From Patescibacteria group bacterium (GTDB lineage Bacteria > Patescibacteriota > Patescibacteriia > UBA2196), in NCBI GenBank assembly GCA_028748975.1, contig JAQTPI010000005.1, positions 8,933 through 72,932 of the forward strand: a stretch of DNA of 64,000 nucleotides. Reading direction: 5' to 3'. The notes under the pieces were generated by a model. It ran no database searches and was not told the DNA's origin. It worked only from the letters and a program-made list of their open reading frames with translations. The position numbers and the translations under genes were made by a program. Shown piece by piece: positions 1-7,606 of this stretch (its first letter is position 1; every line of letters begins with the position of its first letter).

Positions 1-359
1 AAATAATCAATATCTTCAAATTCTTCAGGACAAGCGGTGAAAAGGGGCCCGCCGGCGACAATTTTTTTATGATGGATTTTACACACTCCCACAATTTTTT
101 TGACGCTCTCTCTTTGCACACCCATGGCGCTGATAAAAATATAATCGGCCCATTCTAAATGTTTATCTTTCAATTTTTGCACATTAAGGTCAATGACTTT
201 TTTCTGCCAGCTGGCTGGCAGCATAGCCGCCACCGTCAACAATCCCAGCGGCGGATGAACCGCTTTTTTGGAGATAAATTTCAAAGCATGTTTAAAACTC
301 CAAAAAGTGTCGGGGTATTTGGGGTAGATCAAAAGGATTTTTAGGTTGGGATTGGGCAT
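1..359 (-). CDS. B12-binding-domain radical SAM protein, N-terminal portion (partial, runs off window start)
   Basis: minus-strand ATG at 357-359 gives MPNPNLKILLIYPKYPDTFWSFKHALKFISKKAVHPPLGLLTVAAMLP...KIVAGGPLFTACPEEFEDIDY; cobalamin-binding domain pattern preceding a radical SAM core; no stop before position 1. Confidence 0.55.
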   Translation of the reverse strand, partial: MPNPNLKILLIYPKYPDTFWSFKHALKFISKKAVHPPLGLLTVAAMLPASWQKKVIDLNVQKLKDKHLEWADYIFISAMGVQRESVKKIVGVCKIHHKKIVAGGPLFTACPEEFEDIDY

Positions 360-362
360 GGG

Positions 363-809
363 TTATAAACTAAGTAATTCTTTACACTCAGCGCGCATAA
401 ATTCGAGAAATAATTCTAATTTTGGAGTTCCGTTTTTAATAACTTCAGAAGCTGGAATATAAACTCGCCAAGGACACTTTTCGGTCTGGTCGTCTCTGGT
501 GGCGCCATAAACAATGCCTTTCATTTTGGCCCAAATAGCGGCTGAAGTGCACATAGGGCAAGGTTCATAGGTAGTATAAAGATAGCAATTATCAAGAACT
601 TTTGAATGAAGTTTTTTGGCTGCTTTTCTGATGGCGTTCATTTCAGCGTGACAAGTGGGGTCTTGTTCTTTGTTTATTGTTGTAAAAGCTTCAGAGATTA
701 TCTCATCGTCTTTAATAATAATGGCGGCGACAGCATGTCCGCCTTCTTTATATTTTTCTTTAGCAAGATTAATTGCTCTTTCCATTATTTTTTTATTCGG
801 ATGATTCAT
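363..809 (-). CDS. tadA: tRNA-specific adenosine deaminase (CMP/dCMP deaminase family)
   Basis: HAEMNAI...PCPMC zinc-binding deaminase motifs in 148-aa ORF. Confidence 0.85.
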   Translation of the reverse strand: MNHPNKKIMERAINLAKEKYKEGGHAVAAIIIKDDEIISEAFTTINKEQDPTCHAEMNAIRKAAKKLHSKVLDNCYLYTTYEPCPMCTSAAIWAKMKGIVYGATRDDQTEKCPWRVYIPASEVIKNGTPKLELFLEFMRAECKELLSL

Positions 810-832
810 ATTAGATTTTATTTATTGCTGTT

Positions 833-1294
833 TTAATTCTCTTCAACTAAAAAATGTTCTTTGTGAAAATCGCCCTCTTCCCAGTCTTTTCTTTTATCAA
901 TTTCATTCTTTATTGAATCAGCGAAGGCTTGGATATGCCTTTTTGCCTCATCACGCCCTTCGTGAGCATACCAGATCGCTGTTTCTCTAACTGTTTTTCC
1001 GGCTAAGTCGGGATCTAGTTGTTTGGCTATTATTTTATAAAGATCGTTAGGTAATCCATCTTCAGCAGCATTATTAAAGATTATAAATGATTCAACTATT
1101 TTTAATAATTCATTTTTTGTATATTCGGGTTTTTCCCCAAGAACCGATTCTCTATGGCCTTGTTCATTTCCCTGGATTAATCTTTTTTTTATTTCTTCAG
1201 CTAAACCATGTGGCAAATTTTCAAAACTTTTAAATTTATTAGTATTTAATTTTTCAGGGGACAACTCCCCTCTTTTTGATTCTGGTTTTGGCAT
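833..1294 (-). CDS. hypothetical protein
   Basis: 153-aa ORF in operon-like array between tadA and gltX; no recognisable motif. Confidence 0.5.
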   Translation of the reverse strand: MPKPESKRGELSPEKLNTNKFKSFENLPHGLAEEIKKRLIQGNEQGHRESVLGEKPEYTKNELLKIVESFIIFNNAAEDGLPNDLYKIIAKQLDPDLAGKTVRETAIWYAHEGRDEAKRHIQAFADSIKNEIDKRKDWEEGDFHKEHFLVEEN

Positions 1295-1349
1295 ATTTTT
1301 TAGATTTAATGATTAATTTTTAAATAAAATAGCTATAATTGATTTTTTA

Positions 1350-2936
1350 TTATATTTTTTCAACTGCTTTTTTTATACGCCCTAGGCTTTCTTCTTTGCC
1401 CAAAACTTCGGCGACTTCGAAGGGGCTGGGAGATTTTTCCCGGCCGGTCAAAGCGACGCGGAGAGGCCAGAGGACATTGCCGGTTTCAAGTTTGCCGATG
1501 GAAATTAGTTCTTTAATGAAGGCCTCCAAATTGTTTTTGTTCCAATCTTCGTTTGGAATTTCAGAAAGTTTTTCAATTAAAAATTCCAGTTTTTCTTTGG
1601 CGTCTTTTAAATCGGCTTTGCGCCATTTTAATAATTCTTTTTCATATTGCGGTTCGGTAAAGAAATAAGCGGTGGCTTCGGCAATGTCGGAAAGTTTGTT
1701 GAGGCGGGGCTGTTCTAAGGAAATTATTTTTTTGAGGTATTTTTTGTCTTCCCATGTGCCACGGGGTCCTTCGACTCGTCCCGAGTATTCGGGACTTCGC
1801 TCAGGACAGGCTTTGAGAAAAGGTAGACATAAATCTACTAATTTATCTAAATCCATTTTTTTGATGTATTCCCCATTCATCCAATCCAATTTATTAATAT
1901 CAAAAATGGCGCCGGCTTTCTGGACTTTTTCCAAAGAAAATTCTTTTTCCAAATCTTTCAGAGAAAAAATTTCTTGTTCGGTGCCGGGGTTCCAGCCCAA
2001 AAGCGCGATGTAATTAATTAGGGCTTCAGGCAAATAGCCGAGTTTTTTAAATTCTAAAACAGAAGTGGCGCCGTGGCGTTTGGAAAGTTTGGATTTGTCC
2101 GGCGCCAAAATCAATGACAGGTGCCCGAATTCCGGCGCGTCCCAGCCCAGAGCTTTATATAAAATTAAATGTTTAGGCGTGGAAGACAGCCAGTCCTCAG
2201 CGCGGATGACATGAGTAATTTCGCTTTCGTGGTCATCAATCACGTTGGCCAAATGATAAGTTGGAAAACCGTCGGATTTGATTAAAATTTGGTCATCAAT
2301 TTCTTTTAAATTAAAACTGACTTGTCCGCGGATGAGATCGTGAAAGGTAATTATCCCCTCCTTTCGAAGGAGGGGTGCTCCGACAACGATCGGAGCAGGG
2401 TGGTTGTTTGTTTCGTTTACAACCCCCTTGTCCCTTCGGGACACTCCCCCTTCGAAAGGGGGAGATATGTGCTCGGAAATTTTCATTCTGATGACGTGCG
2501 GTTCACCGGCTTTTAATTTTTCTCCAATTTCTTCTTTGGATAAATTCAAGCAATGGCGGTCATATTTGGGTGCGACTTTGCGCGCAATCTGTTCCTCGCG
2601 CATTTTTTCCAATCGTTCGGCAGAACAAAAACAATAATAGGCGTCGTCTTGCTCCACCAACTGTGCCGCAAATTTCTGATAAATTTCCGTGCGTTTTGAT
2701 TGAAAAATTATATTATCTTTATTATCATAATCCAGTCCGGCCCATTTCAGGCCCTCAAAAATTACTTCAGTACTTCCCTCTTTATATCGCGTTTGGTCTG
2801 TGTCTTCAATACGTAATAAAAATTCTCCGCCATTGTGTTTGGCGAATAAATATTCAAAAAGCGCCGTACGCAAACTACCGATGTGTAAATCACCAGTTGG
2901 GCTTGGCGCAAACCGTGTCTTGACTGTTTTTTTCAT
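1350..2936 (-). CDS. gltX: glutamyl-tRNA synthetase
   Basis: N-terminus RFAPSPTGDLHIGSLRTALF (HIGH class I aaRS) and full-length GluRS architecture; stop TAA. Confidence 0.9.
   Translation of the reverse strand: MKKTVKTRFAPSPTGDLHIGSLRTALFEYLFAKHNGGEFLLRIEDTDQTRYKEGSTEVIFEGLKWAGLDYDNKDNIIFQSKRTEIYQKFAAQLVEQDDAYYCFCSAERLEKMREEQIARKVAPKYDRHCLNLSKEEIGEKLKAGEPHVIRMKISEHISPPFEGGVSRRDKGVVNETNNHPAPIVVGAPLLRKEGIITFHDLIRGQVSFNLKEIDDQILIKSDGFPTYHLANVIDDHESEITHVIRAEDWLSSTPKHLILYKALGWDAPEFGHLSLILAPDKSKLSKRHGATSVLEFKKLGYLPEALINYIALLGWNPGTEQEIFSLKDLEKEFSLEKVQKAGAIFDINKLDWMNGEYIKKMDLDKLVDLCLPFLKACPERSPEYSGRVEGPRGTWEDKKYLKKIISLEQPRLNKLSDIAEATAYFFTEPQYEKELLKWRKADLKDAKEKLEFLIEKLSEIPNEDWNKNNLEAFIKELISIGKLETGNVLWPLRVALTGREKSPSPFEVAEVLGKEESLGRIKKAVEKI
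2354..2466. mobile_element. paired-hairpin palindromic element (family B) inserted in-frame in gltX
   Basis: cccctcctttcgaaggagggg ... ctcccccttcgaaagggggag; encodes about 38 extra aa (ISPPFEGGVSRRDKGVVNETNNHPAPIVVGAPLLRKEG) without stop; same module recurs at 15400, 33621, 48922, 50343. Confidence 0.6.
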
Positions 2937-3002
2937 AGATGATAAGGTTATTTTAGAAACTAATTAAGTCTTTTAAAACCCAAAAAATGAGGAGGAAAAA
3001 CC

Positions 3003-3305
3003 GTGAACACACTAATAAAAATTAAGCTGTATTTTACAAAAGTTCACAATTCTACCCCCTTTATTTTACAATCATTTCTTCTTGTGATTTTTTGTCTTTT
3101 TAATTTTTTTGTCTTCGCTGGAAAATCAAAGGAATTTTTGGTGTGGAATTATGTATTTTTTCTTCTTATTTCCGGCTTTTTTTCTATTTTTCTATTATCT
3201 GGAAAAACAGAAGACAAAGATAGTATATGCGATGAATATCATAAATGCGTTTATGTTTTTATAAGTTTTTTATTTTATATGATTTCATCGGGTTTATTGT
3301 TTTAA
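3003..3305 (+). CDS. small hydrophobic membrane protein (GTG start)
   Basis: strong SD aaaatgaggaggaaaaacc before GTG; 100 aa, multiple predicted TM helices. Confidence 0.45.
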   Translation: MNTLIKIKLYFTKVHNSTPFILQSFLLVIFCLFNFFVFAGKSKEFLVWNYVFFLLISGFFSIFLLSGKTEDKDSICDEYHKCVYVFISFLFYMISSGLLF

Positions 3306-3321
3306 TTTTACACAGGAAAAA

Positions 3322-3356
3322 CAATACTCGCTTGCCAAACGCGCTTTAAGCGTTTG
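3322..3356. repeat. 35-bp hairpin-containing direct repeat, copy 1
   Basis: atactcgcttgccaaacgcgctttaagcgtttgg; second copy at 3678-3712 (2 mismatches); internal palindrome ccaaacgc/gcgtttgg. Confidence 0.6.
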
Positions 3357-3384
3357 GACAGAAAAATATTAACCCAAAAAACAA

Positions 3385-3707
3385 GGAGGAAGACGGTGAT
3401 TAAAAAAGTATTAGTTTATTTTTTGAGAGTAGCAAGTTGGGCCATTACTATCTCTGGTACGGGATTACTGGCAACGGCGATGTTTCTTATCATCGAAAGT
3501 TTATACGTATTTATTTTTGGAATTAATTTTTTTTATATTTTTCCCAAAGAATTTTTATTCAATATGGCAATCCCTTCTTTTTGTAGGTTTTGGCTAATTG
3601 CCGGAGTAATTTCCGCACCGGTCGTTTCAATAATGGATATCCCTAAGCCAAGATTTTTTAAATACTTGCCATGGGAAAATTATACTCGCTTGCCAAATGC
3701 GCTTTAA
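3385..3707 (+). CDS. small membrane protein (GTG start; ORF track shows upstream-extended 3354..3707)
   Basis: SD acaaggaggaagacg then GTG at 3385; hydrophobic; gene flanked by 35-bp direct repeats. Confidence 0.4.
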
Positions 3708-4541
3708 ACGTTTGGGCTGGTGAAGCAAGCGATACAACCATTCAAACGAGCCCTGCCACTTGGTCGGGGCTCTTTTTATTTTTCCCGCCCAATAATCAAA
3801 TGCTCCGCCAACACCAATCGCCAATTTTACACTTGGCATTTTGGGCAAATTTTCGTTAATCCATTTTTGAGCTTTGGGATGATTTAAGGCAACGAAGAGA
3901 ACGGTGGGCTGAAAGGAATTTATTTTTTCAATGATATTTTCGGCTTCAAAAATAGTATAACCAAACTCCAAAGATTCCATCGCCCCTTCGGGGCTCGGAA
4001 TGACATTCTTTTTTAGATTTTCCATTACTAATCGTGGTGTATCACCAAAACCTCCCAACAAAAATATTTTCTTGTTTGTCATCCCGGGCTTGACCCGGGA
4101 TCCAGAAAACGACGTGGATTCCGGCTCGGGGGCCGGAATGACAGAAAGAAGTTTGCAAATTTCCGGGATCAAATCCGTGCCGGTGATTGTCTCTTTAATT
4201 ATATCCAATTTTTCGTCTTTTTTCAACATTCCCCACCAGGCAATTTTTAGCCCCGTGAAAAATTTTCTGATTACTGATTTCTGATTACTAATTTTTGCCA
4301 GATACTTCGCGGCGAGGCGGAGACCGTAACCATCAGGGACGGAAAGCCAGGAATTGTTAATGATATTTTTAAAATTTTCGTCTTTTTGCGCGGATAAAAT
4401 AAATTCGGGATTGGTGGTAACCAATTGTTCACCCTTTTCATCCGATTGTTCACCCTTTTCATCCGATAATAAAAGCTGTTGGATTTTGGCCAACACTTCG
4501 GGTTTGGGTAGATTGTCTACGTGGACGCCCAGAATAATCAT
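3627..4541 (-). CDS. WecB/TagA/CpsF-family (GT26) glycosyltransferase
   Basis: TTNPEFIL...LLGG...LFVALNHPKAQKW...GVGGAFDYWAG...QP.R..R pattern; carries two in-frame insertions (see repeat features). Confidence 0.75.
   Translation of the reverse strand: MIILGVHVDNLPKPEVLAKIQQLLLSDEKGEQSDEKGEQLVTTNPEFILSAQKDENFKNIINNSWLSVPDGYGLRLAAKYLAKISNQKSVIRKFFTGLKIAWWGMLKKDEKLDIIKETITGTDLIPEICKLLSVIPAPEPESTSFSGSRVKPGMTNKKIFLLGGFGDTPRLVMENLKKNVIPSPEGAMESLEFGYTIFEAENIIEKINSFQPTVLFVALNHPKAQKWINENLPKMPSVKLAIGVGGAFDYWAGKIKRAPTKWQGSFEWLYRLLHQPKRLKRIWQASIIFPWQVFKKSWLRDIHY
3678..3712. repeat. 35-bp direct repeat, copy 2
   Basis: atactcgcttgccaaatgcgctttaaacgtttgg. Confidence 0.6.
4077..4143. mobile_element. MITE-like palindromic element (family A) in-frame in glycosyltransferase
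   Basis: tgtcatcccgggcttgacccgggatcc...ggattccggctcgggggccggaatgaca; translated as VIPAPEPESTSFSGSRVKPGMT. Confidence 0.65.
4424..4465. repeat. 21-bp in-frame tandem duplication
   Basis: attgttcacccttttcatccg x2, giving SDEKGEQ SDEKGEQ in protein. Confidence 0.7.
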
Positions 4542-4662
4542 ATTTTATAGGGGTATTTGGCTTGTTTAGACCCTTAAATTTAGCTCAAAATTGCCTTTTT
4601 GGGCCCTTTTATCAGCTTTGAGCTCTACTTACCCTATTTTAACATTTTTAGTGGCAAAAACA

Positions 4663-4672
4663 AATTCATGCT
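4663..4672 (+). promoter_or_regulatory. extended -10 box (TGcTATAAT) upstream of secreted-protein gene
   Basis: tgctataatg about 40 nt before ATG 4711; no SD. Confidence 0.4.
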
Positions 4673-4710
4673 ATAATGAATTTATAGATAACTAATTTAT
4701 CCACCACCTT

Positions 4711-6081
4711 ATGAAAATAAGATTTTTTGGCGTTATATTAATATTTTTGGCCACAATTTTGGCTCCAGTGGCGCCAGCACTGGCGCAGTTTACTTTTAAT
4801 CCCCATTATGTTCTTTCGGACCAGGAATTGACGAATTATTCCAGTATGACTATTGACCAAATCAACGCTTTTTTGAAAAGCAAGGGCGGAATTTTGGCAA
4901 ACTATATTGATCCTAATGTGCGCATGTCTATTCCGCAGTTGATTTATGAATCTTCACAGATGTATAAAATTAATCCGCGCTACGCTTTAGTGCTTTTGCA
5001 AAAAGAACAAAGCTTGATTACGGATGAAGCGCCGACTCAAGGACAATTGAATTGGGCCACTGGTTATGGCTGTCCGGATTCGGGCGGCTGTAATCCAAAA
5101 TACCAAGGACTGGGCAACCAGATTGATTGGGGCGTCGGCGCGATTAGGTTTTATCTTGATAATCCAAACCAGTTTCGTTTTCAGACCGGCAGAACTTACA
5201 CTGTTGATGGCCAAAGCGTGACCATGCAAAATGACGCCACCACCGCGCTGTATATTTACACGCCGCATTTACATGGCAATGAAAGTTTGGCGCGCATTTG
5301 GACGGAATGGTTTTCCCAAAATTATCCTGATGGTTCGCTGTTACAAGACAACGAAGATGGCAGTGTTTGGCTGATTCAGGGCAATTCACGCCGTTTGTTT
5401 TCTTCCAAAGTGGCTTTGGTTTCGCGTTATTCCACCAAACAATTAATTCCAGTGGAACCGAATGAACTGGAAAAATATCAAATTGGCACACCAATTAAAT
5501 ATGCCAACTATTCTTTACTGCGCATTGAAACGGGTGGAATTTATTTATTAGATAATGATGTGGTTAGGCCCATAACTTCCATGAAAGCTTTTAAACTCCT
5601 TGGTTTTAATCCGGAAGAGGTTATGAATGTAAAAACAACCGATATTGCCGATATCCCGCGTGGCGAATCGATTACTATTGAAAGCACTTTCCCAACTGGC
5701 GGACTTTTGCAGGATAAAGCCACGGGCGGAGTGTATTTTGTCCAAAACGGTAAAAAATATCCGATTTGGGCCAAGCAATTATTAAATTTATATTACAAAA
5801 CAAAGAAAATTGTGAAAGTAACAGCGGAAGAACTGAAGCAATATCCGACTGGCAATCCAATTAAATTTAAAGATGGCGAACTCTTGAAATCGGACAAAGA
5901 AAGCACTATTTATTTTGTTTCTAACGGCGCACGCCGGCCGTTTGTGTCTGAAGCGGCTTTTAAAGAATTGGGTTATAAACTGACAAACGTGATTGTTACC
6001 ACGGATAAACTTTTGAGTTTGCATCCGATTGGCGAAGTGATTACTTCAGCGAATTTTGTGAGCGCAAGCAGCACCAAATAA
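4711..6081 (+). CDS. secreted protein with tandem ~55-aa repeats
   Basis: signal peptide MKIRFFGVILIFLATILAPVAPALAQ; repeated G.VY.V.NG.KRP..S..AF..LGY modules. Confidence 0.6.
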   Translation: MKIRFFGVILIFLATILAPVAPALAQFTFNPHYVLSDQELTNYSSMTIDQINAFLKSKGGILANYIDPNVRMSIPQLIYESSQMYKINPRYALVLLQKEQSLITDEAPTQGQLNWATGYGCPDSGGCNPKYQGLGNQIDWGVGAIRFYLDNPNQFRFQTGRTYTVDGQSVTMQNDATTALYIYTPHLHGNESLARIWTEWFSQNYPDGSLLQDNEDGSVWLIQGNSRRLFSSKVALVSRYSTKQLIPVEPNELEKYQIGTPIKYANYSLLRIETGGIYLLDNDVVRPITSMKAFKLLGFNPEEVMNVKTTDIADIPRGESITIESTFPTGGLLQDKATGGVYFVQNGKKYPIWAKQLLNLYYKTKKIVKVTAEELKQYPTGNPIKFKDGELLKSDKESTIYFVSNGARRPFVSEAAFKELGYKLTNVIVTTDKLLSLHPIGEVITSANFVSASSTK

Positions 6082-6092
6082 TTTTTTTACAG

Positions 6093-6252
6093 CCTGCCCT
6101 GAGCGATAGCGAAGGGCCCCCGGATGAACTTGGGGAGACATAAATTTCAAAGCCTTTTATATCCTTATTTCCTTATATCTTTATTATCATCCACTTCGGT
6201 CACGGGATCCTTCACTTTGGCCGATTGCTATCGGCCTTCGTTCAGGATGACA
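6093..6252. mobile_element. MITE-like element (family A, with AT-rich core)
   Basis: cctgccctgagcgatagcgaaggg ... aaagccttttatatccttatttccttatatctttatta ... gatccttcac...cgttcaggatgaca. Confidence 0.65.
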
Positions 6253-6263
6253 CTTAATAAACT

Positions 6264-7046
6264 ATGTTAGTTTTTTCCGCCATTGTCCCCCATCCTCCCA
6301 TTTTAATTCCGGCTATTGGCAAGGAAAACTTAGAGGTGATTAAAAAAACCAAATTTGCCATGGAAGAATTAGCCGAGCATCTTTACGCCGCTAAACCAGA
6401 AGTGATTATTGTTGTTTCGCCGCACGGTGAATTGCATGAAGGAAAAATAACTATCAATCAGGCACCAAAATTTGTGGGCGCGTTTAATAAATTTGGAGAT
6501 TTGACTACCAAAATGGAGTGGCAAGGAGAACTTGGCCTGTCATATAAAATTTATGAAAAAATGGAAACCGAGGGGACGGCGCGTTTAATTCATGATGAAA
6601 ATTTGGATCATGGCGCGGCCGTACCACTTTTTTATCTGGCGCAAAATTTGCCAGAGGTAAAAATTTTACCGATTAATTATTGCTTGCGTGATTTGAAGTT
6701 TCACTTTGATTTTGGCAAAGAATTGGGAGAAATAATCCATGCCGAAAACAGGCGCGTGGCTTTTATCGCCTCGGGCGACCTCTCCCACCGCTTAACCAAA
6801 GACGCGCCAGCCGGCTACAACCCAAATGGAAAAAAGTTTGATAAATTATTATTAGCTTTGTTAAAAGAAAAAAAATACGAGGAAATTTTAAATATGGATG
6901 TGGATTTAGTGGAAGACGCGGGCGAATGCGGATTGCGTTCCATTGCCGTACTTTTGGGAATAATAAAAGATATGAATATCACACCACAATTACTTTCTTA
7001 TGAGGGGCCGTTTGGGGTTGGGTATGCGGTGATGGAGATAGTATAG
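6264..7046 (+). CDS. LigB-family class III extradiol dioxygenase-like protein
   Basis: VPHPPIL...VVSPHGE...HGAAVPLFYL pattern typical of LigB/DODA-type fold; 260 aa. Confidence 0.6.
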   Translation: MLVFSAIVPHPPILIPAIGKENLEVIKKTKFAMEELAEHLYAAKPEVIIVVSPHGELHEGKITINQAPKFVGAFNKFGDLTTKMEWQGELGLSYKIYEKMETEGTARLIHDENLDHGAAVPLFYLAQNLPEVKILPINYCLRDLKFHFDFGKELGEIIHAENRRVAFIASGDLSHRLTKDAPAGYNPNGKKFDKLLLALLKEKKYEEILNMDVDLVEDAGECGLRSIAVLLGIIKDMNITPQLLSYEGPFGVGYAVMEIV

Positions 7047-7077
7047 TAGTAATAAGTAATAAGTAACTAGTAATAAG
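7047..7077. repeat. stop-rich heptamer tandem repeat (TAATAAG)n
   Basis: tagtaataagtaataagtaactagtaataag immediately after TAG stop; same motif at 16455, 47455, 47771, 52836, 56236, 59900, 62595. Confidence 0.7.
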
Positions 7078-7095
7078 AGAGACTATGGAAAATAA

Positions 7096-7125
7096 AAAAT
7101 CCCACCGGTGAAATGGTGGGTTTAT
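7096..7125 (+). terminator. rho-independent terminator
   Basis: cccaccggtgaaatggtgggtttatg hairpin plus T run. Confidence 0.5.
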
Positions 7126-7576
7126 GATTGGTGGGGAAAATGTTGAAGTTCCCCAGTATTTTCAGAAATCGCCCCAAATGTTTGGCCTGGGCACACAAAT
7201 GTTCCAGGGCGGGTTTCTGCCGTCATTGCTTACACTGTTGACGTAAGGGAGACTTGATCACCTCCCCCTCAACAAGCGCGGGACGGCCTCAATATCGCGT
7301 CGGGTTAAATCGGACCGCATCCGACATAGCCATTACTCTGCCGGGCCGTCGGACCGATACCAGCTCTCGTCAGCGTGGGGGCTTACCAGGCAGTCGCCTC
7401 AGCCACAACAACGACAAGCGGCAATGTTAGTGTAGCATATGCAAAAAATATTTGTCAAATAGTATTTGGTGGATAACTTCTAATAGTTTTTTGTTTATTT
7501 GTCGGTAGATGGATATTTACGATATTACGATATATCGTAATATCGTAAATATGATAATAAATTACGAATGACAAAT

Positions 7577-7606
7577 TAATATAAATAATGCTAAAATATA
7601 GTCATG
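7577..7606 (+). promoter_or_regulatory. SD-less promoter arrangement TGCTAAAAT-N6-ATG (priA)
   Basis: tgctaaaatatagtcATG; -10-like box 6 nt from start codon. Confidence 0.45.
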
